A DNA stretch of 64,000 nt, taken from the NCBI GenBank assembly GCA_964106915.2, contig OZ066919.1. One strand, written 5' to 3'. A model generated the notes under the pieces. That model worked only from the letters and a program-made list of their open reading frames with translations, was not told where the DNA came from and ran no database searches. The translations under genes and the position numbers were made by a program. Below, piece by piece: positions 24,752 to 38,200 of this stretch; position 1 is the first letter of the stretch, and the number at the start of each line of letters is the position of its first letter. The DNA comes from Podarcis gaigeae. Its lineage: Eukaryota.

Positions 24752-27700
24752 ATGTCGGTGATTGTGGCGCAAGCCCTCCACATCTTTGGCTTCCAGTCTC
24801 GGGTGGCAAATAATATTTGCTTCTTCGATGAACAGATCATAGTGTACCCTGCGGGGAATAGCTGTGTGAAATATCACATTGAGCAGAAATGGCAGAAGTT
24901 CATCCCAGGTAAATCAGCTTTCTCCTCTTGCTCCTCCCCATCCCACCCCGTTCTCCCATGTCCCCTCACTGCCAAGGCTGAAATTCAGGAAAGGAAGCGG
25001 GAAGGTGCAGCCACCCACCTAAAATATCAGTCTTCTAAATAGGCAATGCCTCGTCTGCATTCCTAGCTGCTGAAACTTCCCTTTCAGGTTTTAGACATGA
25101 TACTTGTGCTATTTCTTACTAATAAAGTAGCCACCTGGGTTTAAATAGTTGCAGTGTTAGATTCAGGCTCGGAACCACAGGTGTCAACTCTCGGATTTGA
25201 AAATAAGGGATCAGCAGCCTAACCTGTCCTGGAGACAGTCTACGGGATATCTAACAATCTGGGATAGCAGTGGGAAGTGGCGCTGGAATAAGGGAATTTC
25301 CCGCAAAAAAGGGGAAAGTTGACAGCTATGCTCAGAACCCACATATCACATTAAAGTTGTTTTCCAAAAAAATAATTACAGTATTTGTTTTTATATGCTT
25401 TCACAACAATGTCATTGACATTTGGTTGCAAAGTGGCTTCTGCCCATTGTTATGTTCTGTCTACATTTAGGTGAAATATAAACATTTTCGCTTCTTGTTT
25501 ATGCTGTTTTAAAATGCAACTTCCCATTAGGTGTATATTTTAGAGATGGTTACATTCAAGCATTGCTGACCAATTCATCTGAGTTTCCTTGGAATGTTTT
25601 TGTATAAACTGCTTAGATATTGATTATATTAAGTGGCATTAAAATGTCATAAATAAACAAAACAGATGTTCAGGAAACTATAGTTTAGCATCATGTGAAT
25701 GAACCTGGCTGAGATTTTTAAGCAGAGGTTGAATGGCCACCTGTCATGTGATTCCTTCATTGCAGGGGGTTGGACTAGATGACCCTTGAGGTTCCTTCCA
25801 ACTCTATGATTCTATGATTCCATGGGCTTCTCTCTCCTCTAGGGTGGCTGTGTTGAGGAGATTGGAAGCGCTAGCCTATGTTACCAGTTACCTGACATTT
25901 AATTATTGTTTATTGAAACAAGCCAAGTTTGTAAACCAATGTTTGAAGCTTGGCTTGTTTTAGTAAAGGAGAAAAGTGACTGCAATCCCCTCTCTGAGAA
26001 CCTGCATGGTCACACATTCATGCTAATACATAGATTCAACTATGCTAATACATAGTTTGGCTTAATGTTATGTGTGAACTGAGCCAGTGTCTCTACAACA
26101 ATGAAATTATTGGGATTTCAGTTTCCTGGATTATCATCTCTATAATCATCTCAGTAATATGTAGTTATTTCCTGAAGTCTTTGAAAAAAGTTGAAGCCCA
26201 CATGGGCAACCTTGATATTGGACTTGGCTCCTGAAAATGTAATGTTCCTACATGAAGCTCACATAAGCTTTTTCTCTGTGCTTTATAGGCTCAGAAAAGA
26301 GCCAAGGGATGCTAGCACTGGCAATTAGTCCAAATCGACGCTATCTGGCTATTTCAGAGATACTGCAGGATAAACCTACCATCACAATCTATGAACTGTC
26401 ATCTGTCCCATGCAAGAAGCGGAAGATCTTGAACAGTTTTGATTTTGCGGTCCAAGAATTTATTAGTGTAGCTTTTTCCCCTGATTCCAAATATCTAGTG
26501 GCACAGACAGGACCTCCAGAATCAAACCTTGCCTACTGGATGTGGGAAAAGCAAAGAACAATGGCAATTATCAAGGTTGATGTCCAGAACAATCCTCTTT
26601 ATCAGGTAACATAGAAGAGAAGCACCACATGCAGCAGTATAGTACTTGGGTACATGAGGTAATTATCACCACTTGTCATTGCCTCAAAGAGAGAGGCTCT
26701 GCCTCCACCATTGGAGACCTCAGTGAGAAAAGTTGCCATATGGAGATAGACTCAGTGTGAAATCTCAGATCTTCTGTTCACATTCACACATTTACATATA
26801 CGTCTGAGACACAGAACTTGCATGATTGAATGGGTATATAAGCATTGCAGCTCTGCAATTATACTTTTGTCTTTTTCTTGACCTTGGTGGTTAAGGTGTA
26901 TGGAGTGTCAGGGGAGGGGTAGTACTTCTGGTGGGGAACATATTGTGCTCCTTCTGAGGTAGTTTGTCTACCTTTGGTCCCCACCCTGTCACCTCTGGCT
27001 CCTAGAAGCCGTCAGCATGTGATAGCAGCCACGCCCCGGGAAATGTCTTCAACTGGCTGGCTAAACCAGGTGATGGGTCTCAAAAGCTTGGTCAGGTAGG
27101 AGCTTCCTCTGTATGTGAAGACAGGTCAGAGCAGATGAGACCAATAGTGGGTCCTACAGTCAAGAAGGTGTTTTCTGCACATGCTGTAGAGGGAAATGAG
27201 GGGTAGATGGGGTTTGTCAACCTGGGAAAGTAGCCCATCTAGGAGATCTTAAACCCCTGCTGCCTTTTGGGTGGTATCTTTGGGTGAAGAAAAGGCTAAG
27301 GAGTAAACCCTACACAAATCCAGGGTGGAGTCTCTAAGATGGTTGTATGGCACTTTGTGCTTCTCATTCTGGCAACTCCTTCAGCCAGGCTGGTGCCAAA
27401 CGTATTGCTCTGCTTTTCTTTGAACCACATCAGCAAGACCAAGAAGGGGATCTTGTTTGGGCAGCCCAGGACCTCCATACACACTGTCCAGGCTTGTGCC
27501 CTGGGGAGGTCACTTCAGTGCTGTTAACACAGCAGTTTGACTTCACCTCTGAAGGCGCACTCCATTTTCTCTTGTCTCAACAAGTGGTTGAGAATTGTAC
27601 TGCAGTGTAACATCCTTATTTATTTCACAAACTGTGTGTCCTAAACGTGGCTCCTAGCTAGAGTCAAGTTTCTTATTTAGGTTGCTTAGGCAGAACTGTG

Positions 27701-29179
27701 GAGTTACAAAGAAGGGCGGGACAAATTCCCTACTCCTTGTTTTATCATGGAGGCCTTTTTTCTGAAGTATTATGTTTAAATATTTATGATTTTTGTTCCT
27801 GTTTGTTTCCTTTATTTTTTACACATTTTATATTGTAACACTGGTGACCTTTGCTCTTAATTTTTTAAATCAATTGTTCATGTTGCTCATCAAGTAATCA
27901 TTTATTTTATGTTGCTTTCCTTTCCAGGTGAGCTTCAATCCACAGGATAACACCCAAGTCTGTGTTACAGGATATGGCATTTTTAAGCTATTTAGATACA
28001 CAGAAGGAACCTTAAAACAGACCAACTTCTTGCGAGGGGAACCTCAAAACTACCTGTCTCATGCCTGGCTTTCTGAAGAGAAGGTGATTGTGGGCACTGA
28101 CACAGGCAAGATCTACTTATTTGACTCCGGTGATCTTCGCTGGGAGACAAGTATTGAGCGCAAAGAGATAGTCTCTGAAGTAGATAAGGAGGAACCACAG
28201 CAGGATTCAGAGAGGTGAGACTGCCTTCAAACTATTGACACTAGAGTGGTCAATGCGCTCCAGCAGATAATGTGTTTTACTATGATCTACAAATGGTATC
28301 ATGGTCATGACTGTATTGCCTCTCTGAGAAAAGTTATTTCCTCTGAGGCAGCTCTCAGGCTTGAAAAGGTTGTCCACCCATTTTATACATACTTTCCAGA
28401 ATGTGAGTCCCATTGAACGCAGTGGGACTTAACTTCTGCATAGACATGCACAGGATTGTACCGTTTGTCCCACTGTCATATGGGACTAATCATGATCTGC
28501 CACACTTGTTGGAGGATGAATAACTGAAATTTATAAGATATTGTTTAAAAGCTTGTGTAAAGTGCTAATTAAATTTAAGAAGCATGCTTAGGATTGGAGT
28601 GTTAGGCTTTGTATACATTACTGGCTTAAAATGCAGCAAGGTCATTGCCCCTCTGCTGCATGTTGAATTGCATAGGCATGCCCTTGTATACCTCAGTACT
28701 GTTGGATATGTTTCCAAGTCACATGCCGTCTGCCCACATTAGTGGGCAGAGGGGGACATGGTGCATTCATGGGTGCATTCAATCCAGATTGACACCGGAT
28801 TGAGGCAAGAAACATGAAAACACAGTATTTCACAAACAACTACAGGACAGATGTCAATTGTGGCTAACATTGCATGGACATGGCTTCAGAAACCAGTAGT
28901 GAGAGTGCACTGAATGCAGAGTAAATGTGAGTGTGTGCACAGCTTTAGTATCTTCCCTAAACCCTTCAGCATGCTGACTTCGAAATGTTATACCAAGTTC
29001 AATGAGACGTATGTCCTAATATATGTGTACAAAATTTCAAATAGGGGAAACTTTATGTTGATACTAGGACTATGTGGTGTCTCTGAAATGAAAAAAACAA
29101 GTTTAAAATGAACAACAATCATTTTTTTATGCCTCATGCAACTGACATTTGGAACTTGTTAGACTTCTCTGTTTGTTCC

Positions 29180-29211
<32 letters not shown>

Positions 29212-32200
29212 GAATTTCTTTTTAAAGCCTTATTGAGTTTCCTGCTCACAATTCCCCTGAGATTTCCACTGAGGTGGTTTGTGAAACTGAAGCACAGCAG
29301 CAAGCATTTTTACCTCGGGTCTCTGCTATTGCTGCATATTCCAAGGGATTTGCTTGTTCAGCTGGTCCCGGGATTGTTCTACTGTTTGAAAAGTCAGATG
29401 AGAAGGAAGGTTACAGAGAAAGCCGAGAGATACGGGTAGGTAAGATGTCTGAGACATGGAATGCTTGATTTATTGCATAGCTCACCAACAATATAAATGT
29501 TCGAGGCAAAAGGAGGAGATTCAGCAGAAGTAGAACCCACACTGCGCCAGACACCACTCAACCCCAGCCGCAGGTAGGAGACAAACACATGATGAGGCAT
29601 TTGCTGATCCTCAACCAACAGACCCAGCCATATCAATGAGATCCAAGGTGGCTAAATGACAAACCCTACCCTGTGGTGCATCACAAGTCTTGCATACAGG
29701 AAGTCTCAGGTTCAGGCTTTGGATATGATATTGTGAGGACTGCTGGAGAAAGTCCTCACACACCTACAGATGCCAAAGGCAATCAGGGGAAGCATTCACA
29801 TTCCAGTTGGCTGCTCTCACACACCCAGGTTGCTGTTTGCATCTTGCAGCCACTATCATCCCACCTTGCTGTACTTGTTCCCTGCTCTGCTTGTTTAATT
29901 GATTGCCAGTCCTGCAGGTTATTGCTGCAGCAGACCTTGTTATTTGCCCACCCTATGCCGTCTGAATTATCATTGTAGCAGTAGTGAGCTTGTGAGCTGC
30001 AAGGAGCCTGCCCCCACCCTTCACTGGAGCTCATAGATGGAAGAGAATGTTGCTGAGTCATAATAGCAAAAATGGAGTACATGGTTCCAGCTAAACAGCC
30101 CATTCTCCATCCCCAGCTCCAGCCCCCTCCACCCTACAGAGGGTTCTGATGAGCTAAGAAAGAGCCTTGAATAAGAGATTGTGTTGACTGTAATCTTCAT
30201 TAGCCCTTATGAATCATGGGGTGGGGACATCCTTGCAGCAGCTGCAGTGATGAGATCATCAGGATGACGCTAGGTGGCAGCAGTGAGGTTGGGAGAGCTC
30301 CATGGTGGAAATACCCTTGTAGGTGTACACCTATCTGCAGGGCCAATGGCACCAACCCAATGCTTCCCCAACCTCACCACCACCACTTCATCCTGCTGCT
30401 GCTGGAAGGACATCACTGCCCCACTATTTCTTCTGCTCCACTGCCCAGGCTGATGGTGAGAGCTGTTCAGCAGTGGAACAGACCCCCACAAGAGGTCTCC
30501 TTCCTTGGACGTTTTTAAGCAGGGGTTGGATGGCCATCTGTCATGGATGCTTTAGCAGAGATTCTTGCATTGCAGGGGGTTGGACTAGATGACCCTTTGG
30601 TCTCTTCCAACTCTAAGATTCTATGATCCCTCAAAACACAAGGGCTGAAGAGCGTTTGACAATGTAAGGTAGGGGTGGATATTATGTTCGGTTCAAAATG
30701 TTCTTTTATATCCCCTATTTTACCAGCATAACATTGTGAGCACAGGGGTCAGGATTGGGGTTTGAGGGAATTTAGGTTGTGGACTAAGCCCTTTCTTCCC
30801 TGGAACTGCCCATTTTTGGTCCATGTGCCATTTTGGGTCTGTGCTTTTAAAGGTGAAAATCTTTATTAAGGTAATCTTGCTGCCATTGTACTGGACTAGA
30901 AAGTATGTATCTAGGAAAGTAGTTAACTAAGCTGCTTTATTTCATAGATTCCACAAGACCAGTGCAGCAATGATCCAAACCAGTCGGACAAACAGGATGT
31001 TGTTTGTATTGCCTTCAGTCCTGCAGAGGAAACACTTCTGATCAGCACAACTAAGAATCAGCTCTATCTCCTCTCCATATCAGCAGCTGAGATAAGCAAG
31101 GTGAGTTCATTAAGAGCACTGTGTTCTGAGCAACGACTTGGAAATGTGGTGTTCAAAGTAATTTTATATTCTTGTGCTGCAAAGAACAGAACAAAAACAA
31201 GAAACCAAGACAGTCTGGTAATATGACTGCATCAAGTCAGTTACTCAGCAACCCTAAAAAAAAGTGTTGAAAGGAGAACCAGCAACATAAAGAATACTCT
31301 CAATTGCACAGTTCCTTCACCAGTCATGATATCACCACTGAATTAACTCCTATAGCAACTTCACATTGAAAGCACCAATAACCATGCAGCAATATCATGA
31401 CCACACAACTCACGGCACTTAGGCCTTTCATTGGTATTTCCATCCGGACCATAGCCAGTATCAATTTATGGATATTGAGAGTGGCAGCCTTTCCTGTTGC
31501 AACCTCCTTTGCCCTGGTGCATAGACGTGTTGGTGCAATCGTCATCAAAACAATTCAAAATGTCATGTTCTCCTGCGAGACAGCAAGGACACATTTCAGC
31601 TATCTTAAATACCTCTTGCGGAAAATCTCCCCAAGATTTGTAAGGTCTGTTCTCCAGTCAAATTTCCAGTAGTGGCTGTTTCTGTTTGGACCTCTTCAGA
31701 GTACTTTTCTATAGTCACTGGTGTACTTCTCTACAAATGCCCTATTTGTCACTAGACTTTCCAGTGCTTTGATAAATTTAGTACATATCAAATGCCTCCT
31801 TTTTGCTATGGAGAGAAGTTCAGTGTTGCCTGGTGTTACACCATCACATGAGCAGCTCTAGCTAACATGTTTATGATATTTCACTAGGGGGAGACAGCTC
31901 ACTTTGAATACCTGAACCACCCAATACATTCTGCTTCCATTACTGGCTTGGATACCTGCATTCGCAAGCCCCTCGTTGCTACCTGTTCACTGGACAAATC
32001 TGTCCGCATCTGGAATTATGAAAACAAGTAAGGGGACATGATCTGTTGCACAGCCTTTTGATTTGTACTCGGACTATGAATTGTACTCAGACCATGAGTG
32101 AGTGGCAATTCACTACAGAGCCCCAGGCAATCATCAGGGCAAGTGTCAGTCCTATTCTGATAAAAAGAAACTGCTTATATTTACTCAGAGAAGAAAATAA

Positions 32201-35200
32201 TATTAAGAGATGGTGGTTGCTCTAGAAATCAGTTGATAGGCAAGGTTCAGATACATAATTGTACTTCTTCATGGGACTCCTGTGTATGTAACAGAAACAT
32301 AATCCTAGTTCTAAATACAGAAAAATCCATTAAAAATCTGGAGCTATCAAAATTAGAAAGCCTATTTCTTTTATCAACTTTAGGTTTAAAAAATGGCAAT
32401 TTTATTGATAGTTCTGGTTATACAAATTGATTCTCATGTGATGCTGAATTAATTTGGTTGCCTGACAGTATGAACTGCCTGTCATGTGAAAAATTATTTT
32501 TGCTGCCCTGATGTATGCATTGAAAGGGACTGGTATATGTATGACGCTGTCAAGTTGTCTTTGTTCCCCTTTGTTCCCTGTTCCCCAGCATTTGACCTTC
32601 TTGGGGGAACTGTGACCAAAAATAGCACTAGGTACAACTTTGTTGCACAGAAGCGTGATCTGTGCTTTGATTGCAATGGTTGCTCTTGCTGCAGCACACT
32701 GGACCTGTACAAGGAATACCAAGAAGAGGCATATGCACTTTCCCTTCACCCTAGTGGGCTGTATGTGTTGGTTGGTTTTGCTGACAAACTCCGACTTATG
32801 AATCTGCTTATTGATGACATCCGAACTTTCAAGGACTTCACTGTACGAGGGTGCAGAGAGGTGAGCAGTGCAAGGGAAGGAACTGGTGGAGGAGCTTGAA
32901 TGGGGAACACCAGATTGGGAGGTGGCACAGGCATTTTATGACTAGTAAGTTGTGTTACCACGTTTGCTTGGAACAGGTCTCTCCCTACACATCGACAGAC
33001 TATTTTTCTGTGTTCAGGAAATAACCCATACCAGAACACAATTTCTGGGGGAGATTTTGCTCAAATATGCTAGAGGAATTTCCCCACATTCTGCTGGAAT
33101 ACAGAGTAGGGTGTGATTCCAGAAGGGTCATTTCCAGGTACATACAAAAAGACTATTGCCTTCTTCCTATGGAATAAGGAGAGTCTTCGAGTTAGGTAGA
33201 GTTTAGGATACTTCTTGTACAGACACCTGAAGTCTCAGGGTTCTCTGTTGCGAATCAATTAGGCTAGGATTTGAAGGAAGATTCAACATTTAAGCATTTC
33301 AGAAGGTCTTATGCCAGTATAGAGTGGTACCTCCAGTTACAAATGGGATCCGTTCCGGAGACCCGGCTGTATCCTGAAATCTTTGTAGCCGGAGGCTACC
33401 TTCTGCGCACACGGCGCGATTGAGCGCTTCTGCACACACACGGTGTGCAGAGCACTTCTGCGCATGCACGCGCAGCGAAACCTGGAAGTATACATTTCCG
33501 GGTTTGCCGTGTTCGCAACCCTAAAGTTACATTACCTAAAGGTATAATTCCACTATATAGTGTGCGGATACCCCTTTTTCCATTTCAATAGAGTTCTGTG
33601 GGACCCTCAAGTAACTTTGTCCTAGTTTGGTAGGTCCTTAATAGCTCACTTTCCCAGACAAAATCTGGAGCCAAAGGAGGAGCAAAAATAGCAGAATACC
33701 ACTCTCTGACAACAGATGCATCTGGTTGTGATGAAGGATGATTAGAGGCTGTTTTCTGCATGGCCTCCAAATTATGGATATCTGGTACCTTCACAAAGAG
33801 GTTACCTATGTGAAGTCTCATTGCTTCGTGCTGTCTCCTGCTTCTGTCTACAGTGTGCCTTCAGTACAGGAGGTCATCTGTTTGCAGCAGTAAATGGAAA
33901 TGTGATTCACATTTATTCTGCCATAAGTTTTGAAAACATCATTAACTTGAAAGGACACAATGGGAAGGTCAGTAAGTAATGCCTACAATACAAGTAAAAT
34001 AGTACATTAAACTGAATATATTTGAAATGCCAAAAGAACAGGATTTCTCAAGAAGCTGGTTTTGAGGCTCTGCCTATGATTTAATTCTTTTTTTTATTAC
34101 AAAGGCACTAGAAACTAAAGAATAGGAGTGAAGGATTAAAAATACTCCAAGGTGCTCCTGAGTATAGTTCTCTGGCAGTGCAGATATAATTTGGATCACT
34201 TTTTACGAACAGTGGAATCAACTTTCTCCTCTGTTATGTGCAATAGCTTAGGTTAAAAGAAAGCCAGCATTTTTACAGTACTTTGTAATCCTATACACAC
34301 ATAGCTGGGAGTAAGTCCAACTGAACTCAGTGGGACTTACTACTGATTTTAATAGGAATGTGCTTAAATTTCTCTTGCTGAAATAGTAGGGCTTAAAAGT
34401 ACTTTTGTTTGTCTGGGCTCGGCTTATCAAGAAAACAGATATATTATTTAATGTTTGTTTACTGAATTGCCAACAACCTGTTAGATGACTGTGGAGACGA
34501 CATTCCCTCCACCTCCCTTGCTGTAATTGGCCTCCCAAATATCAGTGCAAAAAAGACTTGAAATACCCTGAATTTAAGAACTTTGACCCAATGAATTTTA
34601 AGGAGCAAGTGGATTCCTCTGGAACTGTCATCAGCCCTGCTTTGATGCCCTATTGATCACAAATAGGTAAATTCCAAGCTTATGAAATGTTTTGAGATAG
34701 CTCCATAAGTTCCACCCATGATTACCTACAGCAGTTCAGTGCCCTCTTATCTCACCATTTTGTGCTCGTGAGTCCAGTTTATAGTGAAAGAAGCTGAAGC
34801 TTTGCTAAGGAAAGCAAGGGAACTATCTGGGATGGAATGAGATAAGACTTATTAGCGATAAGGGAAAAGGTTAAACAGAATAAAGCAAGTTTGTAAACAG
34901 CCACTCTTATGTGATGAGAATTGCCTCCAGGCAACTAGGCAGATAATTTATTATAATTTGGGAGAGTTTCATAAATAATTTTATAATTGACTCCAGTATT
35001 TATAAACATTTTTAAGTTACTACAATATACACGAGAGCAAGGTGAATGTGAAAATGAAGCGAATACCTTTTTAACTGAGTTATTAGAAATATGTATGGGT
35101 TCAAAAACTACAGAGCATGTTTTTTGTTGTTCACTTTTTATTGATTTGTCAAAAAAGGCATAGAACTTTGAGCAGGGGAGGACAAAACCTGAGGAGCTAC

Positions 35201-38200
35201 AAGGACAGATAGTAATCTGCAGGCCTTTCCTTGCCGCTGGCTATTAGCTATGATGTGTTTGGAGACCAAATGTGTGAGCTGTTATAACTCTGGATTCAGT
35301 TCATGAACATAATTCCTGACCCTCTTAGCCTGACCTGCTGGATTATAATGGGAATCTTTATCTTAACTGCTTACAGGTAAACTGTGAGCACAAAGGACAC
35401 AGGGTGAAAAGGGGCTGTGTTCTGTGAGTTTCTTATGTAAAAGGTTTGATGCAATGACACCAGGTAAACAGGCAGAGTACCAAGCAGCAACCTGTCTCTT
35501 GTGCCTAAGTAAGGATTGCCTGAGCATTCTATATATATTCTCACTCGCCCCTCCAGGTACGCGCAGTGGCGTGGAGCATGGATGACTATAAACTGGTCTC
35601 CTGTGGCACAGATGGGGCAGTATATGAATGGAACCTCCAGAATGGCAAGAGAGAATCCGAGTGCGTGCTCAAGTCCTGCAGCTACAATGGAGTGGCAATA
35701 TCACCCGATGCAAAAGTCATATTTGCTGTCGGATCTGATCATAGCATCAAGGAGATCTGTGATTCTGCGGTGAGCTCATGTGCAGACACTTATGGAGCTG
35801 ATCAAAGTGCAGCAAACAATGCAGAAGAAAGTGAAGCTCAGTGAACCCAGTGCTGTAGCCAGTGGCGGAGCTTCATACTCCGGCAACGGGGGGCGGAGAG
35901 CAGGTGGGGGCGGGGTGCCCAGCTGGGGCGGGGGGGTAGCAGCCGCAATGGCACCCTACTGGGATTGCGCTGCCAGGGATGGTGCACTCCCCCCGCACTC
36001 CTCTTCCTCCGCCAGTGGCTGTGGCTTGCAGTTCCATCCCCCCCTCCAGCTTTTAACACCAGTGGTTGCCTATGCCATGTAGTGACAGTTGTGTTCATAG
36101 TTTCCTTCTTCTTCTCTATAAGAGTATAGCCATCTATGGAATCTATACCTTGCCTTGGTTGCCAAAAATTGAGGGTTTCTTCCCAGTTATGAAGTTGAGA
36201 AGGAAATTCATGACTCTTGAGGCGTTGAGAGGATAACAGGACATTCACAGTGGAGAGAATGAATGATGGATTTGTGTATCCTCTGCCACTTTCCAGTGCA
36301 AATTTAATCCTTGCTGAGTGACTTGCTAAAAGCATGGTGGGTGTCCTTTCTTTCAGATACTGCGAGAAGTGCCCACTTTTGAAGTTGCCTACACTTTCAT
36401 AGTGGTATCTCATTCTGGACGCATGGTGTTCGCCGGAACCTCTGCAGGGACCATTCGGTCCATGAAATACCCACTACCTGTGCACAAGGAATACAATGAA
36501 TACCAAGCCCATGCTGGTCCAGTCACCAAGGTAAAGGCCAAGTCAGTCTCCAGGTCAACTTAATTGCCAAAGCCTTTATTTATCCCTTCTTTTTCTGAGT
36601 CTGCAACAACAAATAATGAAAGGAGGCACACCTTATATCATGCAAAGAGCCACAAATGGGCATATCTAAATATGATATATTTATTGTGTATCAAAGTAGC
36701 TTAATAAGAATGACAATAGACAACAGAGTCTCTAATCACAGTAATGGGGAAAATAATGAGAATGAGTTCTACCTAAACAGTACACCCATCAGCCTCATTC
36801 TCTTCCAAGCTGAGTGTATGTAGCTGAGTGTATGTAGCTGGGAGAGTGTAGGGGAAATCTCTCTGGGTTGCTAACTTCTCAGACGCTGGAGTGCTTTACA
36901 ACATTGTTGCTGTACAGTACTATTTTTAAAATGTTATTTCATCCAGAAGGCTTGTTTATCACTTATACTTTCACCATAGGTTCCAGTAATGTTGAGAGCA
37001 AGGGTGTGAGGGTGACTGTGCTTCTTGGTGTCATGTTTAAAATCAGTCTACTACTGTGCCTCATTAAAAAGATAAGACTGAGATTGATAATGAGAGCGAA
37101 TGGAAAAGCCACTGAAAACAAGGGCAAGTTGTTAATTAAATGGATTCTGAGGAATGGACAACAGCCTGACAAATGGCAAGGGGAATGTTTGGAGCATAAT
37201 GGGGAAAGTGGAGAAGAAGAGAAGAGATATCACTAGAGGCAAAGAGATGGATATATTTTAAAAATAATTGATCCTTATTACTCCAGCATCATCTTCTGAT
37301 TCTGCCAACTGCCCTTTCTTTTCTCTGACTCTCCATTTGTGTTTTATTGGAGTTCAGTATGCCTTTTTTTCTCCACAGATGTCCATAACAGCTGATGATC
37401 AGTTCCTACTAACATCTGCAGAGGATGGCTGTATATTTATCTGGAAAGTTTATGACAAAGAAGGGCGGGGGTTGAAAAGGGAGAGAGATGTGCCATACTC
37501 TGATGAAGTATTGATCACTAGAACAGACATGGAAGAGAAGGTCAGTACGGATGAGTTTTGAAGTGGGAAGAGAACACATCAGAAGACGTTGTATCAACTA
37601 ACCCAAATGCGCTTTATCTCCATGGGGGCAGCACTTACCCAGTACATATCATGGCCCTAGTAGAGAGGTGACAGCAGGTTTGAATTAGCCTTATAATACA
37701 AGAATCAAACATTGTACACTTAAAATGTAGCTCATGAGCTACATTGCTCCCTGTCCTGAAACGTACTTCACATGTTATAGGAAATGCATATATATGGCCA
37801 GATACAATATATGCTGTCTTTATATATGATAGTTTTTCAGATAAACGTGAAGGGCAGGATTCACCTGGCACCCATCAGTGGAAGCCCTGTGCAAGGACTT
37901 TTGCTTGCGCAGTAGGGCTTCTTCCCCCACCTGCTTGAAATGGGCTCGGTGGGGGTTCGGAGAACCCCCAGAATAGCATTCTGGGTGAAGAGAGGGGGCA
38001 TTGTTCTGCCTGGCGTGCTAGAATGCTTGCACTAATGGAACGATTTGAAGGCCACCATTTTGAATTCCACCTGAAATGCCTTGTGTGTATCCATGACAAA
38101 TTTAACATATGAAACAGCCCTAAAATATAGATCTGGCAAGATACTATGTACAGTAGATTTTTATTTAATTTGGATATCTGAATGTTTTTCCACCAATTTC

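Noticed and set aside
29585-29612. ATGATGA...CTGA resembling a C/D snoRNA
   Set aside because: Boxes are only about 8 nt apart with no terminal stem; no convincing snoRNA was seen in EBNA1BP2 introns either.
30140-30180. Other CTGATGA...GAAA motifs (also near 8152, 49292, 55115) as hammerheads
   Set aside because: No pairing stem II or stem I around the core.
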